NCBI GenBank assembly: GCA_050952065.1
Contig: JBMNKF010000002.1
Coordinates: 230,971-294,970 of the forward strand
DNA length: 64,000 nt
Direction of reading: 5' to 3'
From: Bacillota bacterium
Lineage (GTDB): Bacteria; Bacillota; Sulfobacillia; Fermentithermobacillales; Fermentithermobacillaceae
Shown here: positions 33,673 to 45,336 of the stretch, in pieces
Layout: each line of letters starts with the position of its first letter
How positions within the stretch are numbered: position 1 is the first letter of the stretch
Made by a program: the position numbers and the translations under genes
The notes under the pieces: model-generated
Databases searched by the model: none
What the model saw: only the letters and a program-made list of their open reading frames with translations
What the model was told of the DNA's origin: nothing

Positions 33673-33720
33673 CCACGCCTGTTGACTAATTCCAACAGGC
33701 GTGGTAGCATTGTATTTTGT
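33673..33720 (+). terminator. Intrinsic terminator after dapA
   Basis: Perfect 12-bp stem ccacgcctgttg/caacaggcgtgg followed by ...attgtattttgt. Confidence 0.45.
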
Positions 33721-33849
33721 ATCCATGTCTTTTCCCGCCGCGCCGGAATTGGTTGACGGAACTTCGGGCAGAATAAGGAAGTGATGGTAATCCCATTTTT
33801 GTCTTCATGAGCGCACAGGCGGCAAATTACCCCCTAAGGAGTGAAATCC

Positions 33850-36800
33850 ATGGCCTATCCTATCAAGGTAGGCAAGCGTGAGCGGCTGAACTACGGACGC
33901 ATTCGCGAGATCCTTGAGATTCCCAACATGATAGCTGTGCAGATGGAGTCTTATCAATGGTTCTTGGAGGAGGGGCTTCGAGAGGTATTCAGAGACATCT
34001 CTCCCATCAAGGACTTCACCGAAAACTTAGTGCTAGAGTTCATAGATTACAACCTAGGGGAGCCAAAGTACAGTGTCAAAGAGTGCAAAGAGAGGGACGT
34101 CACCTATTCGGCCCCGCTGAAGGTCAGAGTTAGGCTTGTAAACCAGCAGACGGGCGAGGTCAAGGAGCAGGAAGTCTTCATGGGCGACTTTCCCCTCATG
34201 ACTGACGCCGGTACTTTCATAATAAACGGCGCTGAAAGAGTCATAGTGAGCCAGCTGGTCAGGTCTCCAGGGGCCTACTATTCGTACGAGGACGATCCTA
34301 ACGGCAAAAAGCTATTTTTTGCAACCTTGATTCCCAACAGGGGCGCTTGGTTGGAGATAGAGTCTGACTCCAACGACATTTGCTGGGTACGAGTTGACCG
34401 CACCAGAAAACTGCCTCTTACCGTACTTCTCCGGGCCATTGGCCTAGAGAGCGATGCGTCGATTTTGGAGGCCATGGGTGATAGCGTTCCCATTCGCCAT
34501 ACACTAGACAAAGACTCCACTAAGACGCGAGATGAAGCACTAGTGGAGATATACAAGCGTCTGCGGCCGGGCGAGCCGCCCACCGTGGAAAGCGCTCGAA
34601 ACCTTTTCGAGTCTTTGTTTTTTGAGCCCAGGCGATACGATCTAGCCACCGTGGGACGCTATCGCCTGAACAAGAAGTTCACGTTGCGCCGAAGGGTCGC
34701 AAACACCACGGCAACTGTGGACGTGCTTGATCCGATAACGGGCCACCTCGTCTTGAAGGCCGGAACCTACATCACCCGTGACATTGCAAGAGACCTTACC
34801 GAAAAGTACAGAGTCAATGTGATCGATGTGACCACGCAGGACGGTCAGGTGGTTCACGTTGTAGGCAACGGAAGATTTGAACGTGACCAAGAAGAGATGG
34901 CTGAGCAGAAGACTCTGACTCGCGAAGACATAGTTGCCGCAGTCAACTACTTCTTTGGGCTGTTCAAGGGCGTTGGCACTATAGACGATATTGACCACTT
35001 GGGAAACCGCAGAGTCAGATGCGTAGGGGAGCTTCTCCAGAATCAGTTCCGAGTCGGACTCACCAGGATGGAGCGGGTAGTTCGAGAGAGAATGACCATT
35101 CAGGACATTGATATCATCACTCCCCAGGCACTCATCAACGTAAGGCCGGTGGTGGGCGCAATCAAGGAATTCTTCGGGTCAAGTCAGCTTTCCCAGTTCA
35201 TGGAGCAGACCAACCCGCTTACCGAGCTTACGGCGAAGAGAAGGCTTTCAGCCTTAGGACCGGGCGGCCTGACGAGAGACAGGGCGGGATTCGAAGTACG
35301 CGACGTCCACCACTCTCACTACGGGCGCATGTGCCCCATTGAGACCCCGGAAGGTCCCAATATAGGGCTCACTGGGTCTTTGACTTGTTTCGCTCGAGTC
35401 AATCGCCTGGGTTTCGTGGAGACCCCCTATCGCAAAGTAGACAAGGAAAAGGGGCAAGTCACCAACGAAGTGGAGTACCTCACGGCTGACGAGGAAGATG
35501 ATGCCGTTGTGGCTCAGGCCAACTCCAGAATAAGTGAGGACGGCAAGTTCTTGGACGCTGGAGTCATGTGCCGGTACCGGGATGATGTGATAGAAGTACC
35601 GCCCAACAAAGTCGACTACATGGATGTCTCGCCCAAGCAGGTGTTTTCGGTTGCCACTTCTTTAATCCCGTTCCTGGAGCACGATGAAGGCAGCCGGGCT
35701 CTTATGGGCTCAAACATGCAGCGACAGGCGGTGCCGTTGATCAAGACCGAGGCACCTCTAGTGGGGACTGGCCTCGAGTTTAGGACCGCAGTAGACTCGG
35801 GAGCGGTAGTTCTCGCCAAGAGGGCAGGCAGGGTCAAATCTGTTTCTGCAGATGAAGTGGTGATTCAGACCGACAGCGGTGAAGAAGACCGCTATGTCAT
35901 GACTAAATTCACTAGGTCCAACCACGGTACGTGCTTCAACCAGAAACCCATAGTAACCAAAGGCCAGATAGTTGAAGAAGGCGAAGTCGTGGCCGACGGA
36001 CCATCCGCGTCAGGCGGCGAGCTGGCTTTGGGCAGGAACGTACTGGTGGCATACATGCCGTGGCAAGGGTACAACTACGAAGACGCTATCCTCATCTCCA
36101 GGGAACTGGTGGAAGACGACACTTACACATCTATTCATATTGAAGAGTACGAGGCCGATGCCCGGGATACCAGGCTCGGGCCTGAAGAGATAACCAAAGA
36201 CATTCCCAACGTGGGCGAGGACCAGTTAAAGGACCTCGACGATCGGGGAGTCATCCGCATTGGCGCCGAGGTAAGGTCCGGAGATATCCTGGTAGGCAAA
36301 GTGACGCCCAAAGGAGAGACCGAGCTTACCGCCGAAGAGCGTCTTCTTAGGGCGATTTTCGGCGAAAAGGCCCGGGAAGTGCGAGACAACTCGCTCAAGA
36401 TGCCTCACGGCGAAAGCGGCATGGTGGTAGACGTGAAGGTGTTTACCCGCGATGCAGGAGACGAACTACCTCCCGGAGTCAACCAGTTGGTTCGGGTGTA
36501 CGTGGCACAAAAGCGAAAGATTTCGGAAGGCGACAAAATGGCAGGGCGCCACGGCAACAAAGGTGTTGTAGCCAAGATCCTGCCTCCTGAAGACATGCCG
36601 TTTCTACCGGACGGTAGGCCTGTTCAGATCGTTCTGACACCTCTTGGAGTGCCATCCAGGCTCAACCTGGGCCAGATACTCGAATGTCACCTGGGCTGGG
36701 CAGCACGGGCTTTGGGATTGCACATCGCTACCCCGGTATTTGACGGGATAACCGAGGAAGAGATTAAGGAACTCCTGGAGAAAGCCGGTCTTCCCGCTAA

Positions 36801-37836
36801 TGGGAAGATATGGCTTCGTGATGGGCGAACAGGTGAGTACTTCGACAACCCTGTGACTGTAGGAATCGTCTACATGCTAAAGCTCTTGCACTTGGTTGAC
36901 GACAAAGTCCATGCTAGGTCCACGGGGCCTTATTCTCTGGTCACCCAGCAACCTCTGGGCGGGAAAGCCCAGATGGGCGGACAGAGATTCGGTGAGATGG
37001 AAGTCTGGGCCCTGGAGGCTTACGGCGCAGCGTATACGCTTCAGGAAATGCTCACTGTCAAATCCGACGACGTCACCGGTCGCGTGAGAACCTATGAGGC
37101 GATCGTCAAGGGGCAGAATATTCCCGAACCGGGAGTGCCTGAGTCTTTCAAGGTTCTGCTTAAGGAACTGCAGAGTCTCTCTCTGGACGTGAAAGTCCTT
37201 AACGAAGAGGGCCAAGAGATCGAGATTAAGGAACTGGACGATGAGATTCAGGAGCCTTCCCAGGAGTTCGAGTTCATTCCAGAAAGCGAGTCCAGGATGC
37301 TCAGGCGCACTAGAAGGTATGAAGCTCCTTCCGAGCGTTCCCTTGACGAGGACCAGGAAGACCAAGAAGACGAACAAGAAGAGGAAATCGCCGGCTTCGG
37401 AGAGGTTTCCGCGGGTGACGATATCGAACTCGCCGAAGATTCGTCCCAGGAAGACGAAGAGGAAGACTCCCGCATAGCGGAAGCAGAGGAAGAGGCTATG
37501 CCAGGAGACATTGCCGAGGATATTCTGCCTCCTGCAGAGAGAGACCAAGATACCCACGTTGAGGTGAGAGACACATTGAGTCTCGAAGACTTGTTTAAGG
37601 ATCTCAGTGTGCCTGTGGAAGAACCTTTGATCGAGGAAGAAGAGACCGTCTCCAAGAGGAAGCGGCGAGCGTCAGGGTCTACTAGAACTCGGGCCAGAAA
37701 GAGACCGAGAGTCGCCGAGGATTTTGACCGCTTTCACAGAGTTCGGTCCCTCAGTGACCTCGAGCCGGAAGACGAGGACCGTTCCGCTGGGGAGGCTTTC
37801 CTAGCAGACGATGATGAGGATGAGCCCAAAAGATAA
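33850..37836 (+). CDS. rpoB: DNA-directed RNA polymerase subunit beta, with a ~200-aa acidic C-terminal extension
   Basis: ATG at 33850 with RBS aaggag 8 nt upstream, N-terminus [31 protein letters not shown]. All conserved beta regions are present. After [14 protein letters not shown] comes a long D/E-rich tail containing [19 protein letters not shown]. Confidence 0.95.
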   Translation: MAYPIKVGKRERLNYGRIREILEIPNMIAVQMESYQWFLEEGLREVFRDISPIKDFTENLVLEFIDYNLGEPKYSVKECKERDVTYSAPLKVRVRLVNQQTGEVKEQEVFMGDFPLMTDAGTFIINGAERVIVSQLVRSPGAYYSYEDDPNGKKLFFATLIPNRGAWLEIESDSNDICWVRVDRTRKLPLTVLLRAIGLESDASILEAMGDSVPIRHTLDKDSTKTRDEALVEIYKRLRPGEPPTVESARNLFESLFFEPRRYDLATVGRYRLNKKFTLRRRVANTTATVDVLDPITGHLVLKAGTYITRDIARDLTEKYRVNVIDVTTQDGQVVHVVGNGRFERDQEEMAEQKTLTREDIVAAVNYFFGLFKGVGTIDDIDHLGNRRVRCVGELLQNQFRVGLTRMERVVRERMTIQDIDIITPQALINVRPVVGAIKEFFGSSQLSQFMEQTNPLTELTAKRRLSALGPGGLTRDRAGFEVRDVHHSHYGRMCPIETPEGPNIGLTGSLTCFARVNRLGFVETPYRKVDKEKGQVTNEVEYLTADEEDDAVVAQANSRISEDGKFLDAGVMCRYRDDVIEVPPNKVDYMDVSPKQVFSVATSLIPFLEHDEGSRALMGSNMQRQAVPLIKTEAPLVGTGLEFRTAVDSGAVVLAKRAGRVKSVSADEVVIQTDSGEEDRYVMTKFTRSNHGTCFNQKPIVTKGQIVEEGEVVADGPSASGGELALGRNVLVAYMPWQGYNYEDAILISRELVEDDTYTSIHIEEYEADARDTRLGPEEITKDIPNVGEDQLKDLDDRGVIRIGAEVRSGDILVGKVTPKGETELTAEERLLRAIFGEKAREVRDNSLKMPHGESGMVVDVKVFTRDAGDELPPGVNQLVRVYVAQKRKISEGDKMAGRHGNKGVVAKILPPEDMPFLPDGRPVQIVLTPLGVPSRLNLGQILECHLGWAARALGLHIATPVFDGITEEEIKELLEKAGLPANGKIWLRDGRTGEYFDNPVTVGIVYMLKLLHLVDDKVHARSTGPYSLVTQQPLGGKAQMGGQRFGEMEVWALEAYGAAYTLQEMLTVKSDDVTGRVRTYEAIVKGQNIPEPGVPESFKVLLKELQSLSLDVKVLNEEGQEIEIKELDDEIQEPSQEFEFIPESESRMLRRTRRYEAPSERSLDEDQEDQEDEQEEEIAGFGEVSAGDDIELAEDSSQEDEEEDSRIAEAEEEAMPGDIAEDILPPAERDQDTHVEVRDTLSLEDLFKDLSVPVEEPLIEEEETVSKRKRRASGSTRTRARKRPRVAEDFDRFHRVRSLSDLEPEDEDRSAGEAFLADDDEDEPKR

Positions 37837-37859
37837 GGCTGCGAGGGGGATGTAAGGGG

Positions 37860-40800
37860 TTGGACGTCAACAACTTTTCATCTATACAGATTTCTTTGGC
37901 ATCACCCGAGAAGGTCCGGGAGTGGTCGCGAGGCGAGGTCAAGAAGCCGGAGACCTTGAACTACAGGACCTTGAAGCCTGAGAGGGATGGCCTCTTTTGC
38001 GAGAGGATCTTCGGGCCCACGAAAGACTGGGAGTGCTATTGCGGAAAATACAAGAGAATACGATATAAAGGCGTAGTCTGCGACAAATGCGGTGTTGAAG
38101 TCACGAAATCCAAAGTGCGTCGGGAGCGCATGGGACACATCGAATTGGCGTGCCCCGTGTCTCACATTTGGTATTTCAAGGGGGTCCCTTCTAGAATGGG
38201 GCTCCTATTGGACATGTCGCCGCGAGTCCTTGAGCGCATATTGTATTTCGCTGCCTACGTTGTTACAGATCCGGGAGACTGTGACGGGCTTTCTTACAAA
38301 CAAGTCCTGACCGAGACCGAGTACAGGGAAGCTCGGGAGAAACACGGCAACAGGTTCCGTGCCGGTATGGGAGCGGAAGCAGTCAAGGAGCTTCTTGCCG
38401 GCATTGACCTCGACAAGCTGGCCGATGAACTAAGGCAGGATGCCAAATCCACGAGCGGGCAAAGGAGAGTTCGAGCCATTCGCAGGTTGGACGTGGTGGA
38501 CGGGTTCAAGAAATCCGGCAATCGGCCCGAGTGGATGATCTTGGACGTTGTGCCCGTGATCCCGCCCGATCTAAGACCCATGGTGCAGCTGGACGGCGGA
38601 CGTTTTGCTACATCCGACCTGAACGATCTCTACCGGCGCGTAATCAATAGAAACAACCGTCTCAAAAGGCTCTTGGACCTCGGGGCACCCGACATCATAG
38701 TGCGCAACGAGAAGCGTATGCTGCAAGAGGCGGTAGACGCCCTTATCGATAATGGGCGCAGAGGACGCCCGGTGACCGGACCGGGTCAGAGGTCTCTCAA
38801 GTCTCTGTCGGATATGCTCAAAGGCAAGCAGGGACGTTTTCGCCAGAACCTTCTCGGGAAGCGCGTGGACTACTCGGGGCGCTCGGTTATTGTGGTTGGC
38901 CCCAACTTGAAGTTCCATCAGTGCGGACTTCCCAAAGAAATGGCGTTGGAACTCTTCAAGCCGTTCGTCATGAAGAAACTGGTTGAGCAAGGCGATGCTC
39001 ACAATATCAAGAGCGCTAGGCGCCTGGTAGAGAGGGCTCGTCCCGAAGTGTGGGATGTTTTGGAGGAAGTAATCAAGGAGCATTTGGTGCTCCTAAACCG
39101 CGCACCTACCCTGCACAGGCTCAGTATTCAGGCATTTGAGCCCGTGTTGGTGGAAGGTCGCGCCATTCAAATTCACCCATTGGTATGTCCGCCATACAAC
39201 GCAGACTTTGACGGCGACCAAATGCCGGTTCACGTTCCCTTGTCAGTTGAAGCCCAAGCTGAGGCCAAGATCCTGATGGCGTCGTCACAAAACCTGCTTT
39301 TGCCAAAAGATGGTACGCCATCCATAACGCCTCAGAAGGACGTCGTTCTGGGCATCTACTACCTTACGTTGATGGATGAGGACGACCGGCCCGCCAAAGA
39401 CCGTAAAGTGTTTTCCAATGCCGACGAAGCGCTTATGGCCTACGATACGGGGATCATAGGCTTGCATGAGAGAATCATAGTTCGCGTGAGGGATGGCACC
39501 AAGACGGAGACGACGGTGGGCAGGTGCATATTCAACCAAGTGCTACCAGAGGACTTCGAGTTCTACAACGAAGTGATCGACCGCAAGATCTTAGGAAGGC
39601 TGGTCACTAAATCGATCGAACTCCACGGTATGGCTACAACCGCCAAGATGCTTGATGGCCTTAAAGAACTGGGGTTTCGCTACTCCACTAAGGCAGGTTC
39701 CACCATTGGAATCGAGGACATCGTCTTGCCCAATGAAAAACCGGCTCTACTTGAAAAGGCCCATGAGCAGGTGGACGAGATCGAATCTCAATATCAAATG
39801 GGCTTTTTGACTGCGGACGAGCGTTACGACAGGATAATCTCCATTTGGCGCGACACTACCGACAAGGTTACTGAAGCTATGAAGGACGCCTTTGACAGTA
39901 GAAACCCCGTGATGATCATGGTTAAATCAGGCGCTAGAGGCAACATCCAGCAGATATCCCAGTTGGGCGGCATGAGGGGAATCGTTGTGGACCCCTCTGG
40001 CCGCATGGTTGAGCAGCCGGTCCTTTCAAACTACCGGGAGGGGCTTTCGGTTCTGGAGTATTTCACATCGACTCACGGACAGAGAAAGGGTTTGGTGGAT
40101 ACAGCCCTGCGCACGGCTGACTCTGGATATCTCACCAGGAGACTCGTTGACGTTGCTCAGGACGTTATTGTCAGAGAGGAAGACTGTGGCGCCGAACAAG
40201 GGATGATAGCAAGGGAGATCATAGTTGACGGTGAATCCATCGAGCCTCTCAAAGACCGTATAGTTGGGCGGTACCCGGTTCGCGATGTCCTCCATCCCGT
40301 AACCGGAGAAGTCTTGTGCACTGCCCATGAGATGATAAACGAAGAAATAGCCGACCAGATAATCGATGCGGGCATTGAGGAAGTTGAGGTTCGCTCGGTC
40401 CTGAACTGCGAGACCAGGCACGGCGTGTGTGTCAAATGCTATGGCAGAAACCTAGCGACAGGCAACACCGTGGAGGTAGGCGAGGCGGTGGGAATCATAG
40501 CCGCTCAGTCTATTGGAGAGCCCGGTACCCAGCTGACTCTTCGCACCTTCCACCTGGGCGGTATCGCGGGAGAAGACATTACTCAGGGTCTGCCAAGGGT
40601 AGAGGAGCTGTTCGAGGCTCGGAAGCCCAAAGGTCAGGCAGCCATCGCCGAGATAGATGGGCATGTCGAGATAATAGAAGGCGACAGGAAGCGGGAGATA
40701 CGGATCACCTCGCCGGACGGTGAAACCAGCACGACTGTGGTGCCTTTCGGCGCTTTGATAAAGGTGACGTCCGGACAGTGGATAGACGCCGGAACTCCGC

Positions 40801-41360
40801 TTACAGAAGGGTCCATATATCCTGCTGATCTTCTGCGAGTCAAAGGAGTGCGGGCTGTAGAGGAGTATCTCTTGGCTGAGGTGCAGCGGGTCTACAGGCT
40901 CCAAGGTATCGACATCGCCGACAAGCACATCGAGACTATCATAAGGCAGATGATTAGGAAAATCCGCGTCGATGAACCTGGTGATACAAATCTTCTGCCC
41001 GGAGGCATTGTGGGAGTTCATGAGTTTGCCGATGCCAACGCCGAAGCTTACGAAAAAGGTGGGGAGCCGGCCACGGGAAAGCCTGTGATCTTGGGCATTA
41101 CCAAGGCGTCTTTGGCGACAGACTCGTTCCTGTCGGCGGCTTCTTTCCAGGAGACTACAAGAGTCTTGACAGACGCGGCCGTTAAGGGCCGACAGGACAG
41201 TCTCCTCGGGTTGAAGGAGAACGTGATTATCGGAAAACTCATTCCCGCAGGGACAGGGATGGCCAGGTATAACCAGGTGGACGTTATGCCCGCTGATACT
41301 GGTGAGATGGAGCCTGCAGGAGAGGTAGCCATGTTCGATGGGGCATTCAACGATGACTGA
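37860..41360 (+). CDS. rpoC: DNA-directed RNA polymerase subunit beta'
   Basis: TTG start. [37 protein letters not shown]. Zn finger CYCGKY...CDKCGVEV. Catalytic NADFDGDQM. Confidence 0.95.
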   Translation: MDVNNFSSIQISLASPEKVREWSRGEVKKPETLNYRTLKPERDGLFCERIFGPTKDWECYCGKYKRIRYKGVVCDKCGVEVTKSKVRRERMGHIELACPVSHIWYFKGVPSRMGLLLDMSPRVLERILYFAAYVVTDPGDCDGLSYKQVLTETEYREAREKHGNRFRAGMGAEAVKELLAGIDLDKLADELRQDAKSTSGQRRVRAIRRLDVVDGFKKSGNRPEWMILDVVPVIPPDLRPMVQLDGGRFATSDLNDLYRRVINRNNRLKRLLDLGAPDIIVRNEKRMLQEAVDALIDNGRRGRPVTGPGQRSLKSLSDMLKGKQGRFRQNLLGKRVDYSGRSVIVVGPNLKFHQCGLPKEMALELFKPFVMKKLVEQGDAHNIKSARRLVERARPEVWDVLEEVIKEHLVLLNRAPTLHRLSIQAFEPVLVEGRAIQIHPLVCPPYNADFDGDQMPVHVPLSVEAQAEAKILMASSQNLLLPKDGTPSITPQKDVVLGIYYLTLMDEDDRPAKDRKVFSNADEALMAYDTGIIGLHERIIVRVRDGTKTETTVGRCIFNQVLPEDFEFYNEVIDRKILGRLVTKSIELHGMATTAKMLDGLKELGFRYSTKAGSTIGIEDIVLPNEKPALLEKAHEQVDEIESQYQMGFLTADERYDRIISIWRDTTDKVTEAMKDAFDSRNPVMIMVKSGARGNIQQISQLGGMRGIVVDPSGRMVEQPVLSNYREGLSVLEYFTSTHGQRKGLVDTALRTADSGYLTRRLVDVAQDVIVREEDCGAEQGMIAREIIVDGESIEPLKDRIVGRYPVRDVLHPVTGEVLCTAHEMINEEIADQIIDAGIEEVEVRSVLNCETRHGVCVKCYGRNLATGNTVEVGEAVGIIAAQSIGEPGTQLTLRTFHLGGIAGEDITQGLPRVEELFEARKPKGQAAIAEIDGHVEIIEGDRKREIRITSPDGETSTTVVPFGALIKVTSGQWIDAGTPLTEGSIYPADLLRVKGVRAVEEYLLAEVQRVYRLQGIDIADKHIETIIRQMIRKIRVDEPGDTNLLPGGIVGVHEFADANAEAYEKGGEPATGKPVILGITKASLATDSFLSAASFQETTRVLTDAAVKGRQDSLLGLKENVIIGKLIPAGTGMARYNQVDVMPADTGEMEPAGEVAMFDGAFNDD

Positions 41361-41544
41361 CTGGACCTAAGGTTGCCGTCTTTGGGTCATCTTTGGCCAA
41401 GCGCCGTGAGTCGGTCTTAGAAGGCTGAGTGTTATGTGCTAAAGGTCTTCGGTATTTGGTCCGGTAGGAAATCCGGCGGGCCGTCTTGCATATATTGGCC
41501 AATACCTCATGTGGGGGAGACAACATGAAGCATAGGGAGGACCA

Positions 41545-43959
41545 ATGGCCTCACGCTATCGAGGCCCGGGGTATTTGAGAAGTGGTAGCCTTCCAGGTTC
41601 GGCCGAAGCAAGAGTCGCAATTCGCATCGTAGGCACAGTTCAAGGAGTAGGATTTAGGCCGTTTATTTGCTCGCAGGCCCACAAAGTGGGTCTTTCTGGT
41701 TTTGTCCGCAATGACGGCGGTGACGTTTATATTGAAGTCGCAGGCACCAGTCAGTCTATCAAGGAGTTTAGCGACAATATCGTGCTTCTTGCGCCCCCTT
41801 TGGCAGAAATCCGACATGTGGATATCACCCCTCTTCCAGTGAACTTGGAGCCTTTGAATGGATTTCGAGTTGTGGAGAGCCAGAAGGTTCCCGGAAGCGA
41901 GCCGGGTATCTCTCCTGACGTAGCGACTTGCCATAAGTGTCGACAAGAGCTGACCGACTCCAATGACAGGCGGTACATGTACCCGTTCATCAACTGCACT
42001 GATTGTGGTCCTAGGTTCACCGTTTTGGAAGACATTCCTTACGATCGAGCGGTGACTTCTATGAAGTCGTTCACCATGTGCCCTGACTGTCAAAAAGAAT
42101 ACACGAACCCTGCGGACAGGCGGTTTCACGCCGAACCTAACGCTTGCTGGGAGTGCGGGCCGACACCCGTGACGGTGCTGGAGGATTCGTCTTCAGAGGC
42201 CATCGTCCAGTTCGGTCTGTCGGGACGACATGAGTGGCTGATTGTGGCCCAACAGGCATTGTTGCTTGGGAAGACTCTCGCCATAAAAGGTGTGGGCGGG
42301 TTTCACCTGGCTTGCGATGCCACATCGTCCCAAGCCGTGCAGGCGCTAAGGAATAGAAAACGACGTTCGAGCAGGCCGTTTGCCATTATGGTGCGTGATC
42401 TGGCTTTGGCCCAAGAATGGTTCCACATGGATTCGCAAGAAGCGGATCTTCTGTCATCCAGACAGGCGCCAATCGTCATATTGCAGAAAAAGGCCCGGTG
42501 TCCCGTAGCTGAGAACGTCGCTCCCGGCTTGGATCACCTCGGGGTGATGTTGCCCTACAGTCCCCTTCATCTTCTCCTGTTTCACGATTTTGGCGTCTCC
42601 AAGCCGCTTTTGGCTTTGGTCATGACCAGCGGCAACCTATCGGGCATGCCCCTTTGCTATACCGACCGAGAAGCCCGAGAGTCTTTGATGAAGGTTGCTG
42701 ACGGGCTAGTGCTTCACAATAGACAGATCATCAGACCCTGTGATGACTCTGTGGTTAGAGTGGTTGACGGCGCGCCGCTTTTCTATCGTCGGTCTAGAGG
42801 TTACGTTCCGGCTGACATGGCTGTGCCTTTGACCTCCAAAGTCCCGGTATTTGCAGCAGGCGCCACCGGTAAGAACGTCTTCGGCTTGCTCTCAGGTAAC
42901 CGCGTTCGGATGTCGCAGCATATTGGCGATTTATGGAACGAGTCTATGATCGAGCGCTACCTTTTTGCCGTGCGGGACTTCACCAAATTGTGCAGGTTCC
43001 GGCCCGAGGTTATCGCCTTGGATGCCCACCCAGGGTGTCTCGCCGCTCAAGCTGTCAGGGAGGTATTCCCGGACGCAAAGGTGGTGACTGTTCAGCATCA
43101 TCACGCCCACATGACATCTGTGATGGCGGAACACGGCATGCACCACGAATGTGTTGGTCTCATACTGGATGGCACCGGTTACGGGACTGACGGGCGAATC
43201 TGGGGAGGCGAGATCCTTTACGGGGACTATTCCAAATTCCAAAGATGGGCCCATCTCGCATATGTGTCCATGCCGGGCGGAGAAAAGGCCGTTTTGGAGC
43301 CTTGGCGTATGGCCGCCTCCTATTTGAAATCCACCATGGGATCTCAAGGAATAGAGGTGGCGAAGACTCTTCTTGCCAGGGTCTTCCATAAGGTTTCTCT
43401 CCTGTGGCCCGCACTGGACTGGGAAGGGTATCCCCTCACATCCAGCACAGGTAGGCTTTTTGACGCTGTGGCAGCTTTGTGCGGAATCTCTCTCGTGAAC
43501 ACCTACGACGGGGAGAGCGCGTCCTTGTTGGGAGAGATGGCCTTGAGGGAGCACAGGAAGAGAGGCGGTATGGACCCTTCTCTCGCTTCGATAGTGGATG
43601 GGTGGGAGAGGGGCGGCGAGCCCCTATCCGAAGACTGCGTCCAGATTAACCCTTCATTATTTATAGGTCCGGTGGTCCGGTCAATGCTGTCGGGGGCGGA
43701 TGTGACAGAGACGGCCTACGACTTCCACACTCGTTTGGCCGCGATACTCACGTGGCATGTGGCCGAAGCGTGTAGGAGACTGGATGTCAACACCGTGGTG
43801 CTGTCGGGAGGCGTGTTTCAAAATCCCCTTTTCCTTCGTTTGACTGCCAAGTACATGAAAGAGATTGGACTCAGGCCTTTTTGGTCCAAGTTTGTGCCTC
43901 CCAACGACGGTGGTTTGTGTTTGGGGCAGAGCCTGGTAGGCGCGTCTATGGTTCTATAA
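41545..43959 (+). CDS. hypF: [NiFe]-hydrogenase maturation carbamoyltransferase HypF
   Basis: RBS gggagg. Acylphosphatase domain (IRIVGTVQGVGFRPF). Two C4 zinc fingers (CHKC..CTDCGPRF and CPDC..CWECGP). YrdC domain and a Kae1/YgjD-like C-terminus. Confidence 0.9.
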   Translation: MASRYRGPGYLRSGSLPGSAEARVAIRIVGTVQGVGFRPFICSQAHKVGLSGFVRNDGGDVYIEVAGTSQSIKEFSDNIVLLAPPLAEIRHVDITPLPVNLEPLNGFRVVESQKVPGSEPGISPDVATCHKCRQELTDSNDRRYMYPFINCTDCGPRFTVLEDIPYDRAVTSMKSFTMCPDCQKEYTNPADRRFHAEPNACWECGPTPVTVLEDSSSEAIVQFGLSGRHEWLIVAQQALLLGKTLAIKGVGGFHLACDATSSQAVQALRNRKRRSSRPFAIMVRDLALAQEWFHMDSQEADLLSSRQAPIVILQKKARCPVAENVAPGLDHLGVMLPYSPLHLLLFHDFGVSKPLLALVMTSGNLSGMPLCYTDREARESLMKVADGLVLHNRQIIRPCDDSVVRVVDGAPLFYRRSRGYVPADMAVPLTSKVPVFAAGATGKNVFGLLSGNRVRMSQHIGDLWNESMIERYLFAVRDFTKLCRFRPEVIALDAHPGCLAAQAVREVFPDAKVVTVQHHHAHMTSVMAEHGMHHECVGLILDGTGYGTDGRIWGGEILYGDYSKFQRWAHLAYVSMPGGEKAVLEPWRMAASYLKSTMGSQGIEVAKTLLARVFHKVSLLWPALDWEGYPLTSSTGRLFDAVAALCGISLVNTYDGESASLLGEMALREHRKRGGMDPSLASIVDGWERGGEPLSEDCVQINPSLFIGPVVRSMLSGADVTETAYDFHTRLAAILTWHVAEACRRLDVNTVVLSGGVFQNPLFLRLTAKYMKEIGLRPFWSKFVPPNDGGLCLGQSLVGASMVL

Positions 43960-43975
43960 GAGCGGGGTGATTTCT

Positions 43976-44197
43976 GTGTGTGTGGCCGTGCCTTTGAAAG
44001 TGAAGTCGGTGGGCGATGGTTGGGCCGAGGTATTCTTGGGAGGAGGCACAGTCTTGGCCAGAACTGATCTTGTGGAGGTCAGGGAGGGCGATTATGTGCT
44101 GGTGCATGCGGGCTTCATCATTGAAAAGATCGATAACAGGGAAGCAGAAAAGACTATCCAGCTGTTTTCTGGGCTGAAGGAGATTGCCCGGCCATGA
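43976..44197 (+). CDS. hypC: Hydrogenase maturation factor HypC (HybG family)
   Basis: Starting at GTG 43976 gives the obligatory N-terminal MCVAVP (Cys2), with RBS ggggtg 6 nt upstream. The ORF-track start at 43967 would bury the Cys. Confidence 0.8.
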   Translation: MCVAVPLKVKSVGDGWAEVFLGGGTVLARTDLVEVREGDYVLVHAGFIIEKIDNREAEKTIQLFSGLKEIARP

Positions 44198-45336
44198 CTA
44201 ATGCCGGTTACATCCCGGAGGCCTTGGCTCTGTCGCGGGACAAGGCTGTCTTTCGGTTGCTTCTCGATTCGGTAAAACTAGAGGCCGAGCGCTTGAGGAT
44301 GGAGCGTCTTGGCAGGCCACCTTCCATCATGGAAGTGTGTGGTTCTCACACACGGACCGTATCCTACTCAGGCCTTAGAGACCTCCTCGACGGCCACATT
44401 GATTTCGTTTCAGGACCCGGATGCCCAGTCTGCGTGACTTCTGACAGCGACCTGGCAGGCATTCTTGGACTTGCCAAGACTCCCAATGTGACGGTTGCCA
44501 CCTTTGGTGACATGCTCCGGGTTCCGTCTCCCGGCGGAAGTCTGGAGCATGCCCGAGCCCAAGGAGCCAAAGTGGCAGTAACCTATAGTCCCATGGACGC
44601 TCTTTCTTTGGCCGAGAGTCATCCTTCCCGAGAGGTGGTGTTCTTGGGAATAGGATTTGAGACTACGGCCCCTTTGACTGCAGTCACAGTTCAGGCCGCC
44701 CAAGAGCGAGGGATTCGCAATTTCTCTGTGTACAGTGTTCACAAGACCATGCCTCGGGCTCTAGATTTCATACTCTCGGATGGGAACTTGAGGGTAGACG
44801 GTCTCCTTCTGCCAGGTCATGTTTCGGCCATAACGGGACGGAGGTATTTCGATTTTGTGGGGGTTCGCCATAAGGTGCCGTCGGCGGTGGCAGGCTTTGA
44901 GCCTTGCGACATCCTCTTGGCCACGCGAGAGATTCTGCTCATGCTAGCCTCAGGTGAAGCTGCTGTGCGGAACATGTACCCCCGGGCTGTGCGAGAAGAA
45001 GGTAACCAAATGGCAATGTCTAGGATCTACCAAGTGTTCGAAGAGGCGGACAGTCTTTGGCGAGGATTAGGTTCTTTACCAGCCAGCGGGCTTTCGTTTT
45101 CCAAAGAATACCGGAGATTTGATGCTCGTCACAAGTTTGATCTTCCTCCCTTGAGTCCCCAGGCGCAACACCCTGGATGCGACTGCAAGTTCATTCTAAC
45201 GGGCGCGAAGAAACCCGGTCAGTGCAGGTCGTTTGGCCGTTCTTGCACACCAACTCATCCTTTGGGCCCATGCATGGTGTCGTCTGAAGGGGCGTGCCGT
45301 GCCCACTACGAATTTGGGAGGCGAGGGGTTCAATGA
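44194..45336 (+). CDS. hypD: Hydrogenase maturation factor HypD
   Basis: CGSHT, GPGCPVC and GFETT motifs. C-terminal CxxH...Cys cluster (PGCDCKF...CRSFGRSC). Confidence 0.9.
   Translation: MTNAGYIPEALALSRDKAVFRLLLDSVKLEAERLRMERLGRPPSIMEVCGSHTRTVSYSGLRDLLDGHIDFVSGPGCPVCVTSDSDLAGILGLAKTPNVTVATFGDMLRVPSPGGSLEHARAQGAKVAVTYSPMDALSLAESHPSREVVFLGIGFETTAPLTAVTVQAAQERGIRNFSVYSVHKTMPRALDFILSDGNLRVDGLLLPGHVSAITGRRYFDFVGVRHKVPSAVAGFEPCDILLATREILLMLASGEAAVRNMYPRAVREEGNQMAMSRIYQVFEEADSLWRGLGSLPASGLSFSKEYRRFDARHKFDLPPLSPQAQHPGCDCKFILTGAKKPGQCRSFGRSCTPTHPLGPCMVSSEGACRAHYEFGRRGVQ

Noticed and set aside
36877-37655. 226-aa and 135-aa antisense ORFs over the 3' end of rpoB
   Set aside because: Generated by the low-complexity GAA/GAG-rich tail. 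Ser/Leu-rich junk translation.
41551-43554. Antisense ORFs of 192 and 207 aa within hypF
   Set aside because: Sense-strand HypF domains are complete and in order.
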